Shown: positions 49,182-61,258, counted from the first letter of the whole stretch. The stretch: DNA of 61,298 nt, filler included, from Sphacelaria rigidula (GCA_964200075.2; 10 parts of 10 records of this genome joined end to end with filler, not necessarily neighbours in it), one strand, 5' to 3'. The notes: generated by a model from the letters alone, not told the origin. Numbers and translations: made by a program.

Positions 49182-51932
49182 CCCCCCCCCCCCCATCGTA
49201 GCATCACTCCAGAGACGTTGTGAGGTATGACGATGTGGGAGAAAGCGCGAGGCCGTGCATTAGAAATCATGGAAGACGCAAGCAGTGCACGCACGGCGCA
49301 GCCACAGCACCTACGAACAAACCTCTGCACGAGTAATTTGTGTTTTTAACTGTGAAAATCAGGTCAGGAGATCGTTATTTTTTTTCCGTGTATCGCGATT
49401 CACCTCCTCTGTGTTTTTATGCGACTTCAGTGGTAATCCCCGGTTTAATATCTCACAACACGTCAAATTTTTACGATACATTGAGGTTTCACAGCATGCT
49501 AAGGTTTTACAACATATTACGGATTTATGTTCAATATAACTTCGCAGTATCTTACGGTTTCACAATCACCCCAGGGCTATTCAGTCCTATGAACGCTGAT
49601 CGAATAGCCCTGTCGTTATGGAAACAACCTGAAATTCCTACCGTCGGCGAGCAATCTTATCTCGAGACGTTGCTCGTGTTTTGAGCGAATTCGTTGCCGG
49701 CGTTTGAAATACAATTGACCGTTTGTTAAATGAAATCTCGACAAACAAATTATTACCGCGACCGAATGCGTCGTCGGTTGAGTGCCAAGGTCAACTTGAA
49801 TAGCAGCAAATACTTGAGTATACGAACCCAACACGACTGGCATCTGTTTCTGTCAAAGGTGGGGTGTGCACGTAGCCTGTTTCGTGCGGAAGGTGACCTA
49901 AGAGATTGCGAAGTGTGTATACCCCGCGCGGTCGGTACTTTTGATTTAGTCACAATTGGTTCAGAATTATGCATTTCTGGCACCTGGTACTCTTTATGCT
50001 CGTCGTATGAGCTCAACCACTTGTGTCATTAGTAGCTGCATTGTCGCAACATATATGAAAGTCGCAACGGCAAGTAAAACGTACTATACATTTGTCAACC
50101 CACGCTTGTTGTGCTTTACTGTACTGCGCACTACCGAACTGAAGTTGCTCTGTGTTGGAATATTGCACGAGGAAGTTTCTATATTTTCCTTCCAGTGCTT
50201 CCCGGCGAAGATTATCACAGAAACAGAGACATGAAGACAAGCAATGATTCAGTTTCTCTGTGCGCGAGTAATGCTGCGGTAGCCCATCTCACTAAAGTGG
50301 CTGGTTTGAGGAGGCAAAATTCACATGTGAAGTGAAATGGCGAAAGTTGAGCACACCGAACAGCTGGGAATTCCCAATCTTGGGATCGCTTTCACCAATA
50401 TCGCCAAAATGAGGCGGCGCTTTCTGCAGTCTAAAACCAGCGATCATGAGCTGTATGGTCATTTCTTTCCGGGACAGACGGGTTTGATGGAGGGCTATAT
50501 TGCGGCATCACTCACTCTGTAACACCGAACAGTCATTGCTTGGACATGACCTTGCACTTATATCTCTGCGTTCTCAGACGGTAACCGAATGTTATTATTA
50601 TATCAATTTCCAATAATATATACCGAATTCCAGGACCCAAGTGCTGCCATGTATTCGGAACCCAACACGGTCGAGTGCCTCGTGTCACGATGTGCTTCAA
50701 ATCCAGGAATGTTACCCGGGAAATATTGTCTCCTATATCCGGATGCCAGGCTCCAGTGCAACAACCGCAGTGAGTTTCGAGCCCAGCTCGGATGGGGCCA
50801 GGAACCACAGGTTCCGAATTCAAGTATCACGAAATACGTTTACGGGAACTCGTCGACAGAATCCACGGTTGAACGTAGCTTTCGTCCCGTTGAACTCTAA
50901 GGCCAATCCTAACACCAACGGCAACCCAAGGCATATGCCGAGATATTTCGGGCAAAGGAGGTGGTAATGAATGCCCTAAGGGCAACGCGTGCATTAGCAG
51001 AGCTCCAATCGGCGCCGTAGACACCGATTTGAGGAAATCGTCCGTCCTGCGCACGCTGGCGGGTACCTGGGGCTGTATGTAAGTCCCCAAAAGATATGGC
51101 CTACACTGAAGCGAGATATTCGTTAAAATAGCTGGGAACTTGTTTTCGACGGGTTCGCGTGAACTACATACGGGTTCTCACCGTGACCATCGGTTCCATC
51201 GCTGGTAAAGATCTCGAACGCTCCTGCTAGCGAGGGCATCCGCGTGCGCATGAAACGTCCAGCGGATATGTCATTCATTGGCCAGAAATCTAAGTAAATA
51301 ATGCATCATCCTATCGGATCCCCAATCGTTAAGGCGATGTCCATCGGTAAGCGGGGAGGAAGCCGGATCCTTTTCCCGACTCTTTGGACGTTAGTAATTT
51401 ATGTTTTGCCTCATTGTTCGAATCTCGAGGATGCCCAAAGCTGTGTACGCAAGAAGCAGAAGCTGAGGGAGGGATGTAACTAGAGCAGAGGGTGTGGACC
51501 GAGAGTTAACCCAGAGTTGTCGTACGATATGGGGGATACGGGAGGGAAAGGGGGGATGCTTGATAGCACGCCAGAAGGGGCGTTGATTCACGGGTGCATG
51601 TGTTCAAACTGCACCGTCACACACACTCGCTATGCCCTCGCATGTTTGGGGATAATGACGCTGTCACACGTTGATACCGCGGTTATTCACAAGAAAAAAG
51701 TTCGGTTTGCAGCGGCCCCTCAACGAGATTCCTGTGTCCAAGAAGTGGCTGGCACCCCTTCTCCCCGGCCCTCACCACCAATCATAGATAAACCATGCGC
51801 GTCGGACCGAGCAATCTTAGCAGGATGAAGGTCACCCTTCATGCGACTCGCCGAACACACCACGGCGCTTCGCGCTTGGTGATTGATTGCGAGCCTGGTC
51901 GGGTGAACACTCGGCGTGCTCCGTTCTGGCTT

Positions 51933-51988
51933 TAAAGGGATGCGAGGTCAACGGTCGTATGACTACGGCATGTAAGATCATAAGTACA
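51933..51988 (+). mobile_element. Degenerate short LINE 3' terminus (type B end)
   Basis: AAAGGGATGCGAGGTCAACGGTCGTATGACTACGGCATGTAAGATCATAAGTACA followed by CTCCCACC. Confidence 0.7.
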
Positions 51989-53769
51989 CTCCCACCTATC
52001 ATAGGATTCCTCTTGAATAATATTCTCTGCGATTGAGAGGAGGCTGAGACCACTGACGCTACCAATTTCTCGAAGCACAACGGCCACGAACGAGGCGTCT
52101 CGTGCAGTAGGCACCCTTTGTACCGCTATATGAAAATTGGTTTGCCATACAACTAGTAGCACATCGGGAGGGGGCGTGACACGTGGAAACGCGGTGAAGC
52201 TCTGACTCAAGGTCGATTTTCTCCTCCCTTTCCCCTGCTTCACGTTGCCTCTCGCTTTGACAGGGGATTTCCGACGGGCCCAGGGATGTGTGTGATATTC
52301 CCGTTTAACGTAGTTGTTTTTATCGGAGGTGACGAATCGGAGAAATATCTGCCTCTGCTCACTATCGAAGATGCGCGACCAGAAGAGGTGCACACATAAG
52401 AGAGGTTTTGCGCTGTACTCTGTGTAGAGTTGGAGATGGTGCACTATTGTGAATATAATATTGGACAACTGTTCTTGCAGCGATCATCGTAGTAATCTAG
52501 TTCTTGCGTGTCTACGATATCTCGTACATGTGCTACCGTGCGTTCCGACACGCCTCCACCAAGCTCTTGAATTTGCTCTGCTGTATCAGCTGCTCCCATC
52601 ACCACTGTCACCTTGTCTGTCGTTGCAGCTGTTCACGCCACCGCTGCTGCCTCTGCCGTTGTCTCTTCCCCCTCAGTTGAAGAGCTCACACGACCGCAGG
52701 CCGGTTGACGACCTCGAGAACGGATACCAATGGGGTTAGTTTTTGCGGTATTTCCCGCGGCTGATGTGGATGTTGCTACATCAACTTGACGTCCTCCCTC
52801 AAAAATTACAGCGGGACATGATCTCCCGCCAATTATTTAGGATATCCTAGAATATGGTGAAGGAAATAACGGCGGACGTTTAGCGTTTCCACGAAAATAA
52901 AATGGTATCGTCGAAGTTTTGCACGTTCGCAATGAGCTGTGTAACGATGGTTCTCCCGATGTATTACGTCATCCTACGATAGTCGAGGGGGGCGTTTTGT
53001 TCCACAAAATAAGGGCTCACATCGCGTCAGATACCCAACACAGTCGCGGTGCGATTGTGTTTGGGTGAAAACAGTGTCAAGCAGTATGAATGCATGAGCA
53101 TCATCTATGGGTAACAACCACGTTCGAACAACCGTTGTTACTTTCAAAGACGGTTTTTGAAATATAATTTCGTGGAAGAAATATCCCAAAACTCTGCCCC
53201 CCCCTCACCTCCAGACTCTTGGATTGGCGTCAAGTGGCAACAGTGCTGTAAAACAAGCCACCAGAACCTTGACATGAAATGTACAGACTGCCACCGTACC
53301 TGTCCCATGAACAGCCACAAGAAAAAAGAAAGTTTCGGACCGACAAACACAATAGACACGCAAAAACCTAAATAACCACTTTTGTTCCCCCTAGAAACAC
53401 AAAAGATGGATGTAGACATTATATAACAAATCTGGCCTCGTTTTAAATCCTTTCTTTTCCTTATTCTACGTTTTCCCCCTCCCATACGACTTAGTCTGCT
53501 ATGTCGTTCTGTTCTACCCCTCTTTTTTTTTTTTTTTGTTTTTTTTTTTTTTTTTTTTTTTGTTTTGTTTTTTGTTTCGTTTTTGTTTGGTACGTCTATT
53601 TTNNNNNNNNNNTTTAATTCTTTTCTTTTACTAATTATAGGTTTTCCCCCTCTTATTCTTCTTATTCTGTTTTTTCGTTCTGTTCTCCCCCTCTTTTTTT
53701 TTTTTTCTGTTCCTGTTTTTTTTTCTCCTTTGGAGCGTTTTCAGTTTCGTTTTTGTTGGGTACGTCCAT

Positions 53770-53829
53770 CATGAGACCACGGCTGAACCCCTGGGGGGTC
53801 AGTTAAAGTGCGACAATCAATCAATCAAT
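53770..53829 (+). mobile_element. Probable 3' end of a different retroposon with (CAAT)n tail, preceded by a long T-rich tract
   Basis: GAGACCACGGCTGAACCCCTGGGGGGTCAGTTAAAGTGCGA(CAAT)4. Low-complexity T-rich sequence at 53520-53760. Confidence 0.45.
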
Positions 53830-53874
53830 TTCGTCTTTTTCTCATTCATTTTCCTCTTTTGTCTACTTTTTTTC

Positions 53875-55086
53875 GCTACCATAACACAGTCCGGACATGA
53901 ACATGGAATGAAGAAGCTAACCTTCATTTTTCTTTAACCTGCCATAACACAGCCCGGATACAGACTTGAAATAGCGGGAAAAAACAGATCTACTTCCCCT
54001 GGGCAATACGGGAAAGATAAGAAGAACACGAATGGGGTAGAAATGCTGAAGTTCCTCGAGCATAATGAGATGAAGACGCTGAATGATAGAGCACAAAAGC
54101 CAAGGGCGCAATTGACACGGGCGAGGAAACGCAAAGGGAAGAGAGAACGCTCCGTTCTTGACTATATAGTGGTCGAGCAAGGGAATAGTGAAGAAATGGA
54201 AATACATGTATACCCGGAGGACGTGGGAACTACAGATCATTGCCTAATATGGGCAGAAGGCCAACAGACGAGAGCTGACAGAAATGGGCGGCGTAGGAAG
54301 CTGTACAAATGGAGAATCGATAAACTAGATGTGAACAAAAAATGGCGAGAGTTCCAAGAAAAGATGACCAAAAATGCAGTGAATTTTTCCGAGCTGTTGG
54401 AACGCGTAGGCGCAGTTGATGGAGAAATCGAAAGAAATCGGGCAGGAGCGAAGATTATAGAAGGATTGGAGCAGATGGTCAAGAACACAGCGAGTAAAGT
54501 CATGGGGAGGAAACTGATCGTATGCAACATGACAGTAAAAAGTTGGGATGATGAAGTGAAAGAGGCTAAGAGAGTAAGAAGAGAGTAAGAAGAGAGGCCC
54601 ACGTGAGATACATATCGAGTAAGCTACGGTAGAATGGGAAGAGTGTACTGAAGTTTGAAGAAAAAAGGTAGACATATGGTACAGAAGAAAAATAAGGGAG
54701 TATGGGAAGATGTGGTGAGAAAAACAAATGAAGATTTCGATGGCAGGATGAAACAAATGAATGTGAGTAGGGATAAGAGGGATTATGGAAAACCAGGCAG
54801 GAAAGAGGGACAAGGGGATAGCCACACTCCGGGCACAGAACGGTAAAATGGTCAGCAGTTCGAAGGGGAAGAGAGAAGTGCTAGTCGAGCACTACCGCAA
54901 ACTAGGAACACCAGAAACAACCACGGAGTTCGAAAAGGAATTCGAAAAAGAAATCAACGCTCGGGCAGAGGCAAATGTAGAGGCGTCAAAACGGGAGGGT
55001 AGAGGCTCAAAAGAGTTGCAGACGAGGTTCACCAGAGACGAAGTAAAGGAGTGCGTAGCTAAACTCAACAACAGAAAGGCAGCAGG
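53875..55086 (+). mobile_element. Second long copy of the LINE family with ~2-kb internal deletion
   Basis: The 63-bp 5' repeat and AAAAAACAGATC(T/A)ACTTCCCC (cf. 6560-6580) are joined directly to the endonuclease region (cf. ~8591). ORF 54043-54588 contains SVLDYIVV and DVGTTDHCLIW, and the copy continues to KLNNRKAAG. Confidence 0.93.
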
Positions 55087-55730
55087 ATGTACTCATGATC
55101 ATGCCGTACATCCTGCTGCCTTTCTGTTGTTGAGAAAGGCAGCAGGGGGGGGGGGGGTGNNNNNNNNNNNNNNNNNNNNNNNNNNNNNNNNNNNNNNNNN
55201 NNNTTAATTAATTAANNNNNNNNNNNNNNNNNNNNNNNNNNNNNNNNNNNNNNNNNNNNATAAGATGCCCAGTACCAATGTACCGCGCAGATATCGGAAC
55301 GGTTTTTAATGTGAAGACAAGAACAGAAGTCGACAAGTCAAGGCGTCAGGAAACGGGTGCGAGAAAAAAACATGTTAAAAATCTACACGCGATACAATCA
55401 GATCTTGTGCAAGTACACTAGGTAACCCGCATTCACACAGACTGCACGATGAGCAGAAGCAGCTCAAGATGGAAAAGAGGCCAATAACGAGGTAATCGAA
55501 AAAAGGGCGAGGAGAGATGTACAGAAAAAAACGAAAAAAGAACGTAGCGCCATCGCCATTAAGCACCTCCTTACTCTTCACAAGCAACAGGGTTAATACC
55601 TTTTCGATCTGCCACGGAGCGAAGTTGACTTTATTGCGGTGGAGGAAGTTTAAAACACAAAATAGCGGTACATACGGGAGGGGGTGGGGGGTGGATCATA
55701 TTTCACCTCGAAAACAAAAGCAGCGCACCA

Positions 55731-56006
55731 TCACCAGCTATTCCCTCCACCACCACCGCCCCTGCCTCTCTTCCTCCCACTGCCACGACTACCCCCAAAA
55801 CTCTCTCCGAACAGGCCCCCGCCCCCCCTACCCCCTCGGCCTTGAGTACCTCTACCCCCTCCCCTTCCTCGCCGAGGCGTTCCTCCCCCCCCTCGAGTAG
55901 ATGCACCCCCGCGTGGTCGTGGTGGCTCGTCTGCCCCCTCGAACGTGCCGCACTGTTCATCCTTGGGCCGTGGACATGTATAGAACTGTCGCCCTTGATT
56001 GGAACC
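55731..56006 (-). CDS. Last exon of a tandem GRF-type zinc-finger protein (second half of a finger + RGG/Gly-rich tail)
   Basis: Acceptor TGCCAG|GGT. Reads GSNQGRQFYTCPRPKDEQCGTFEGADE...RGGRGGGG...GNSW*. 276 nt, phase 0. Confidence 0.88.
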   Translation of the reverse strand, partial: GSNQGRQFYTCPRPKDEQCGTFEGADEPPRPRGGASTRGGGGTPRRGRGGGRGTQGRGGRGGGGLFGESFGGSRGSGRKRGRGGGGGGNSW

Positions 56007-56899
56007 CTGGCAATCGATTTTCCACAGGACGGAAAAGAGAGGGGATGATAGATGGGGAGGAGAGGGAATGATGTACACGCAAGTAGTGATTGAGAAAACA
56101 TAGCCGGTGAAAGTTGTGGTATTCGTTGAGCCTAGATATTATTGGAATCTGCGACAAGCGGTGAGACTAATGTCGTTGAACCCTAAGATCTCGTGGAGAT
56201 TTCCTCGAAAACGTGGACCTGTCGGCGGTGGGATTATTTTTTGGTCAAAGCTCGAAGGCAACGAATTTCCCATCGAATGGGTGCGGGGGGTGTCATGATT
56301 CATCCCCCCTGTTTGTATCAGTAAATACGCGCTGATAAGCGTCGGCATATATCGCGAGACCGGCGTTATCTTGGCCACCCCAAGAGAACCGACGAGCTTG
56401 GATCATGTCGTGGATGCCCTTGGATAATGCCAGAGATACCTTGGGGTTATGTCCCGGATACCTGTGTTGTACGTCTTCAGAGTGGAAACTTCGGTAAAGT
56501 TTTGAAGTGTTGTCTCTGCAGGAACAGCAAAACATGCACAAGATCTCTTCGAGGCACGCATTGTGACCCAAGAAAATATATACTTGTGTTGCATATCTCC
56601 ACGACCACTTTCCTTGCGTCCTCCAGGGGGACGGAGCGTGAGTTCGACGTTTACTTATGCGGAGTTATATGGAAGAGTCAAAAGCGAGACATCCGCAACA
56701 TGCGAGATATTGAGGCTCTCTGTTGCGACAGCCCACTACTGGAAACTGCATGGCACATATTTCTCGATCTCCTTGCGTGCGAATCAGCGGGCGTGGGTCT
56801 CATTGGTCGAACCTCAACTGCAGATACTCGTTACACCATCACACAAACCCAGCCATCTTATACTAAGGGAGTCCCAGATAAGTGTTACACAGATGTGTG

Positions 56900-57215
56900 A
56901 AGAGGCAAACAAGACACGCTCACACACGAACCCGCCGCCGTGGTCCGCACGGCATAGTCGGTATTGCAAGCTCTCAAAACCTCTTCAACCTCGGCAAAGG
57001 CCAGCGTATCGACCCAACCATGAGCACCCGACAATGTGCGGGAGGGGTTCCTTTCATCAAATTCATTTGCACAAGTGTAGCAAGGACGTACAAGCAACAA
57101 TGGCCGTGATATCGATCTTCAGCGATATGTCGGCACCTAGACGGCACTCAACGTCGGAAACACACCCAAAACAGGCGTGCCGCTGGACATCACACCCACG
57201 AACCTCATCGATTCG
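56900..57215 (+). pseudogene. Possible Mutator (MULE) transposase remnant inside the intron
   Basis: RIDPTMSTRQCAGGVPFIKF, VISIFSD and TGC CGC TGG (C)AC ATC ACA CCC ACG AAC CTC (C-R-W-H-I..N-L with one indel) echo MULE D.T..T....P, SD and C.WH motifs. The spacing is shorter than canonical. Confidence 0.25.
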
Positions 57216-57253
57216 AGACACTGTTACCGTCACCACTTCTCTCCCCCCCCCCC

Positions 57254-57533
57254 GGGACGTGAACGAAGGTGGGATGAAACCGTTTGATGCATTAGACAGT
57301 AGGGATAAAACGATGGCTATACTAGGAGATAGATGGTGGCCAAAGATGGCGAAACAGGACGGGGATAAGATATGTAGAAGGTTTTCGTGTAATATATGGA
57401 AGAAAAGTAATGAGCGCCGGAATGTTGGAGGTGTCTCTATTACGAGTAGAACGGTGCTCCGTCTCGAAAGGGTTGCGTGGTCAATCGTCAAGGCAAGCAA
57501 CAAATGAGTACAGCATGCATGATCATGAGTACA
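57254..57533 (+). mobile_element. 5'-truncated LINE copy bracketed by C11 and C7, carrying both 3'-end variants in tandem
   Basis: DVNEGGMKPFDALDSRDKTMAILGDRWWPKMAKQDGDKIC...NVGGVSI...KASNK* (TGA 57505-07), then GTAC-AGCATGCATGATCATGAGTACA-C7. C11 at 57243-57253. Confidence 0.93.
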
Positions 57534-57582
57534 CCCCCCCACGCCGCTACCTTGGATTGGCTCATTGCAAGAACCACTTCAC

Positions 57583-57807
57583 CTCCTTTCGAACGGTCCT
57601 CAAGGCACAAGTCTCTTGGTGCCCCTCGCACAGCCGTCCATCCCCCCCCCCCCCCCCGCTTCCACCCCCCCCGCCTCTTCCTCCTCCCCCTCCCCCACCG
57701 CTGCTATAGGGCATACCCCCTTGCTCTTCGTCCGCCCATGTAAAGGTCTGACACCGCTCACTGTCTGGGCGTGCACAGGTGTAGAATTGTCGCCCCTGGT
57801 TAGGGCC
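57583..57807 (-). CDS. Internal exon of the GRF zinc-finger gene (not in the ORF track in this frame)
   Basis: Acceptor TCCACAG|GGC, donor GAG|GTGAAG. 225 nt open: GPNQGRQFYTCARPDSERCQTFTWADEEQGGMPYSSGGG...DGRLCEGHQETCALRTVRKE. Confidence 0.9.
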
Positions 57808-58607
57808 CTGTGGATCACGATACGCAGAAAACGATCAAGCAAGGGTACGAGTCACGTTCTGGTGTTTTTATAGCTAGTTCGTTTTTTTCTTTTTTGGGGG
57901 CAAGAAAGGAATATACGGAGCGATTATAGGCTTCTGAGTCGATAAAAAGGCAAAATCATGCCTTTGCTTTTCTTTCTGTTTTTCGCTGAAGGGTTTGCCG
58001 CCGGTCATTGCCTAGGCGGCCCGCAGGTCCCTACCGTGGGAAACTGCTGCGTCTGCTCAGGTGACCGTGGTGAATCGTACTGCAAGACAAGCACCCACTA
58101 CAGCGGGATGCGTACGCGACGTACGCCGTGTTGACTTCGACCGCGGGTTCGCTCAACTGGACGCATGTGATTGGTATGTACGAAGATGCCGATTACCGAT
58201 GAAACGAACGTTAAATGCAAGCGGATGAGCTCAGGTCTCACAGCGGGCGCGATCAAATTTTGATAAACTCTGACAGATCAGATAAATAGGGGGCGAAAAG
58301 CATACTTTTGCAAGATGTATTGTCCGTCGTCGCAGCACACTGCCAGCGTGCGATTTTCCGCAGCTCTCATCTGACCACTTTGCTCTCTTGTGTTTATTTT
58401 GTACACCCCCTTTGGTCCTGTAGCCTTCAAAACGTTCAAGGGCAAGTTGAGTAGGGTAAACTCAATTACGGGGTATTGTGAAAGTCACACTTGAAGTACA
58501 CAAATTGGGGAAGGGTGTTAGGAGTCGCACCTGAAAAATAACTGGAAAACGATCCCCTGACACCCTACCCCAATTTGTGTACTTTCAGTACGACTTTCCA
58601 GTCTTGA

Positions 58608-59223
58608 GCCAAAAGAGAACAAAGAGGAAACTCGGGACAGAATGCGACATCTTTTCGCCCCAATACGCACGAACACGCTGTGCAACCCCAAATTCAGCAA
58701 GATGAGGTTGTTGTCTGTTGTCTACATGACATGCGATCGAAGTTTAAGTGCGTAAAAGCACTGACGGCGCTTGCACGGCCGTGCCGCCTGAAGTGAGGAC
58801 CTCCACAGGCGATACCAATATAGATACCGCGTAGAATGACAGCATCCAGAGTGTGCTCAATACGGATCGATGTTTGTTTGCCGCCGCAGGAGCCACCCAG
58901 CAGGTCATGATGTGGAAATGAGCGCATCTGCGTCTCAACATATGCGTCCGCTGACGTCTCCACGCAGTCTGGGCCGAGGGTACTCCGTTTCGAGGGCGTA
59001 TCGATGGCATTGCCCAAAATCCGTATTCGCTTCGTGCGTCTGGCGCACCACGTAAAACGTGCCGCCGACCCGGGAATACGCTGTCTGTGTTGTGGTCTCT
59101 ACCTCTGTGCCAAGTTTCAGGCTGGTTCGTTCAGACCCGGCGGAGAAATTCACAAGCAAGCAAAGTAATGCTTGACTTGTACTGAAAATATAGTACTAGA
59201 ACCGTCGAAAGATACATGAGGTG
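58608..59223 (+). repeat. Dispersed ~600-bp unclassified repeat, copy 2 (intronic)
   Basis: Collinear with 33195-33805. Confidence 0.85.
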
Positions 59224-59463
59224 CGTATGATTTTTGTGTGCGGGCATCTTGGCATTTGAGTTGCGTTTTTTTTTCTTGGCGTAAGACTGTTTCAAAATAC
59301 CTCGCAATTGAGTATACCGTACTCGACCTGCCCTTAAACGCTTACCTTGCTCCGCATTTTTCTCCTTGGTACCCAATACGATCTGCACAACACATCCCAC
59401 CGTGCTTGTAGTTTGCGCTGACGACTCCCTCCACCTCCGAGCTGTATGTATCTAATGGCTTAC

Positions 59464-59685
59464 CTCTTTTCGGACCGTCCGGAGCGCACAAGCTTCCTGA
59501 TGACCCGCGCATACCCTGCCGTCGCCCCCCCCTCCCCCTCCGCCTCCCCCACCGAATAATCCGCCCCCTCCGCTGCCGCCACCGTTAGCGCCCGCTTGCC
59601 CCGCTTCATCCGCCCAAACGAAGGTATTACACCGATCTGTCTCCGTGCCACTGCAGCAGTAGAACTGTCGTCCCTGATTTGCACC
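59464..59685 (-). CDS. Internal exon of the GRF zinc-finger gene
   Basis: Acceptor GCTCAG|GGT, donor GAG|GTAAGC. 222 nt open: GANQGRQFYCCSGTETDRCNTFVWADEAGQAGANGGG...DGRVCAGHQEACALRTVRKE. Confidence 0.92.
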
Positions 59686-60599
59686 CTGAGCGCAAGAAAT
59701 AATAAATGACGAATGCAAGAAAAATCGACGGCAACAACAACCACAACAACAACAACAGCAGCAATGAATAAGGTGTGAAAAAACAAAAGGGCTGCATTGT
59801 AGATCAGCTAGGTGACGTCAGACCCCCTCTACGGGACACCACTACGCCAAAATACAACCTCCTCTTTTCATACGCGGAAAATAGTCGGCCTCGAAAAAAT
59901 GTTCGGAGAATGGCGTCACCCGTCCCGCCGAGACCCGTGTCTCGACGACACGAAATAATTGATAAAAGGTTTCTGCACCGTGCCCGTCCCCCACAGTGCC
60001 GTGACTGCGGTGAATGAATAATATTCCGTCGACTTTGTGAACGCCTAAGAACCAAGTGCCGAGGAAAGAATATTCGTTGACATTGAAGCCTTGCAGGCCT
60101 CGAGCTTGGCGGACTCGAAAGCACCGACCAACACAATTCTGTCCTCATGTGCCCAGAATACAGAATCTCCACGAGTGTCGAAACAGTCCTTGAGCATCGG
60201 TGTCAGGGGATGCTAGGTAGGCACCGCTGCCAGTCCGCCTCTGGGAGAAGGGACATGCCATCTAGTGTCAAGGAGCATGTCGTTGCTGACCCTTCGCGTG
60301 TATGCCTTTAGCGTACGTCTAGGACACTATAGCTTCTCCAAGAATCTCAGAATTCACCAACTCAGCGAACCCAAAAAAAGTACAGCTCGAGCTATATATT
60401 TTACTAAGCTGGTGGCTGGGGGGAGTACACGTCCATGTGTGGTTTGTGTTGGGCCGTGTGTGTCACACCTGTTGATGCGCTCGACCAGTTGCTGCGCTCT
60501 ATGTCCGCCTTCGAGGAAGCATATAATAATTGTTCGTTCGCGCAACTCTAGTGCGCTTATTGATACATGTTCGCCGTACGTGTACACAAACGGCGGAAT

Positions 60600-60900
60600 T
60601 GTGAACGTCTACAAAACAAGAACACGTTTTAGGCAGTACCCGTAGTCATAAGCACGATGTATGGATGGTGTACGATTGGCGAGATCAGCAGGAACGGCCA
60701 TACCACGTCGATAGCACCACATCCCGTCCGCTCTGTGAAGTATATCGGGAAAACTCCAGAATGCGCTCTTCAACTCGGTTTGCGCAAACACACTTTATGC
60801 CGATCGCGGGGACTGGTCATCGCTCTGACCAATGACATCACTCGAGAAACCGAAGCAGACTTTCTGAGAGGCTCGACTTTCCTGTGTCAACTAAAATAAG
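60600..60900 (-). pseudogene. Possible Copia integrase remnant
   Basis: FAQTELKSAFWS...ADLANRTPS resembles Copia ML..S.LP..FW..A...A..L.NRTP. The spacing is irregular and there are no other clear motifs. Confidence 0.3.
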
Positions 60901-61258
60901 TAACGGTCTTCAGATCTCTTCATTGTCCACCTTTTGTTTCGCGCACGTTTCAAGGGCTTCTGCTTCCCTGTCATGTCGCTTGCGGTGGCTGGGGGTTCTC
61001 AACTTTTCACCTCGCTCCAGCAAGTGGTCTTTCCTTCATGTTTACCTACACTCCTTGGCTACGTCTTGTATGAAGCACTGGGGGCGTCATCTTATAACAA
61101 ACCACCTCGGTTTTGAAGAAACAAACATCTAAATTAATACACTTCGTCTGTCCCATACGTTGGGTGGAGATGTTTGTATAGGCCCTAGACCGTGTCCGAC
61201 AATTTCTCGATTTTTCATCGCTTTTCAGCTTTATGTGGTTGGACTCCCCCCCCCCCCC

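Noticed and set aside
52320..52400. HECT-domain-like FWSRIFDSEQRQIFLRFVT on the minus strand
   Set aside because: The match is short, with no downstream HECT motifs (e.g. LP.A.TC) and no clear exon boundaries.
56563..57507. 314-aa ORF as a real gene
   Set aside because: It is a chance read-through from decayed intronic sequence across a C11 run into the LINE C-terminus, and lies antisense within an intron of the GRF gene.
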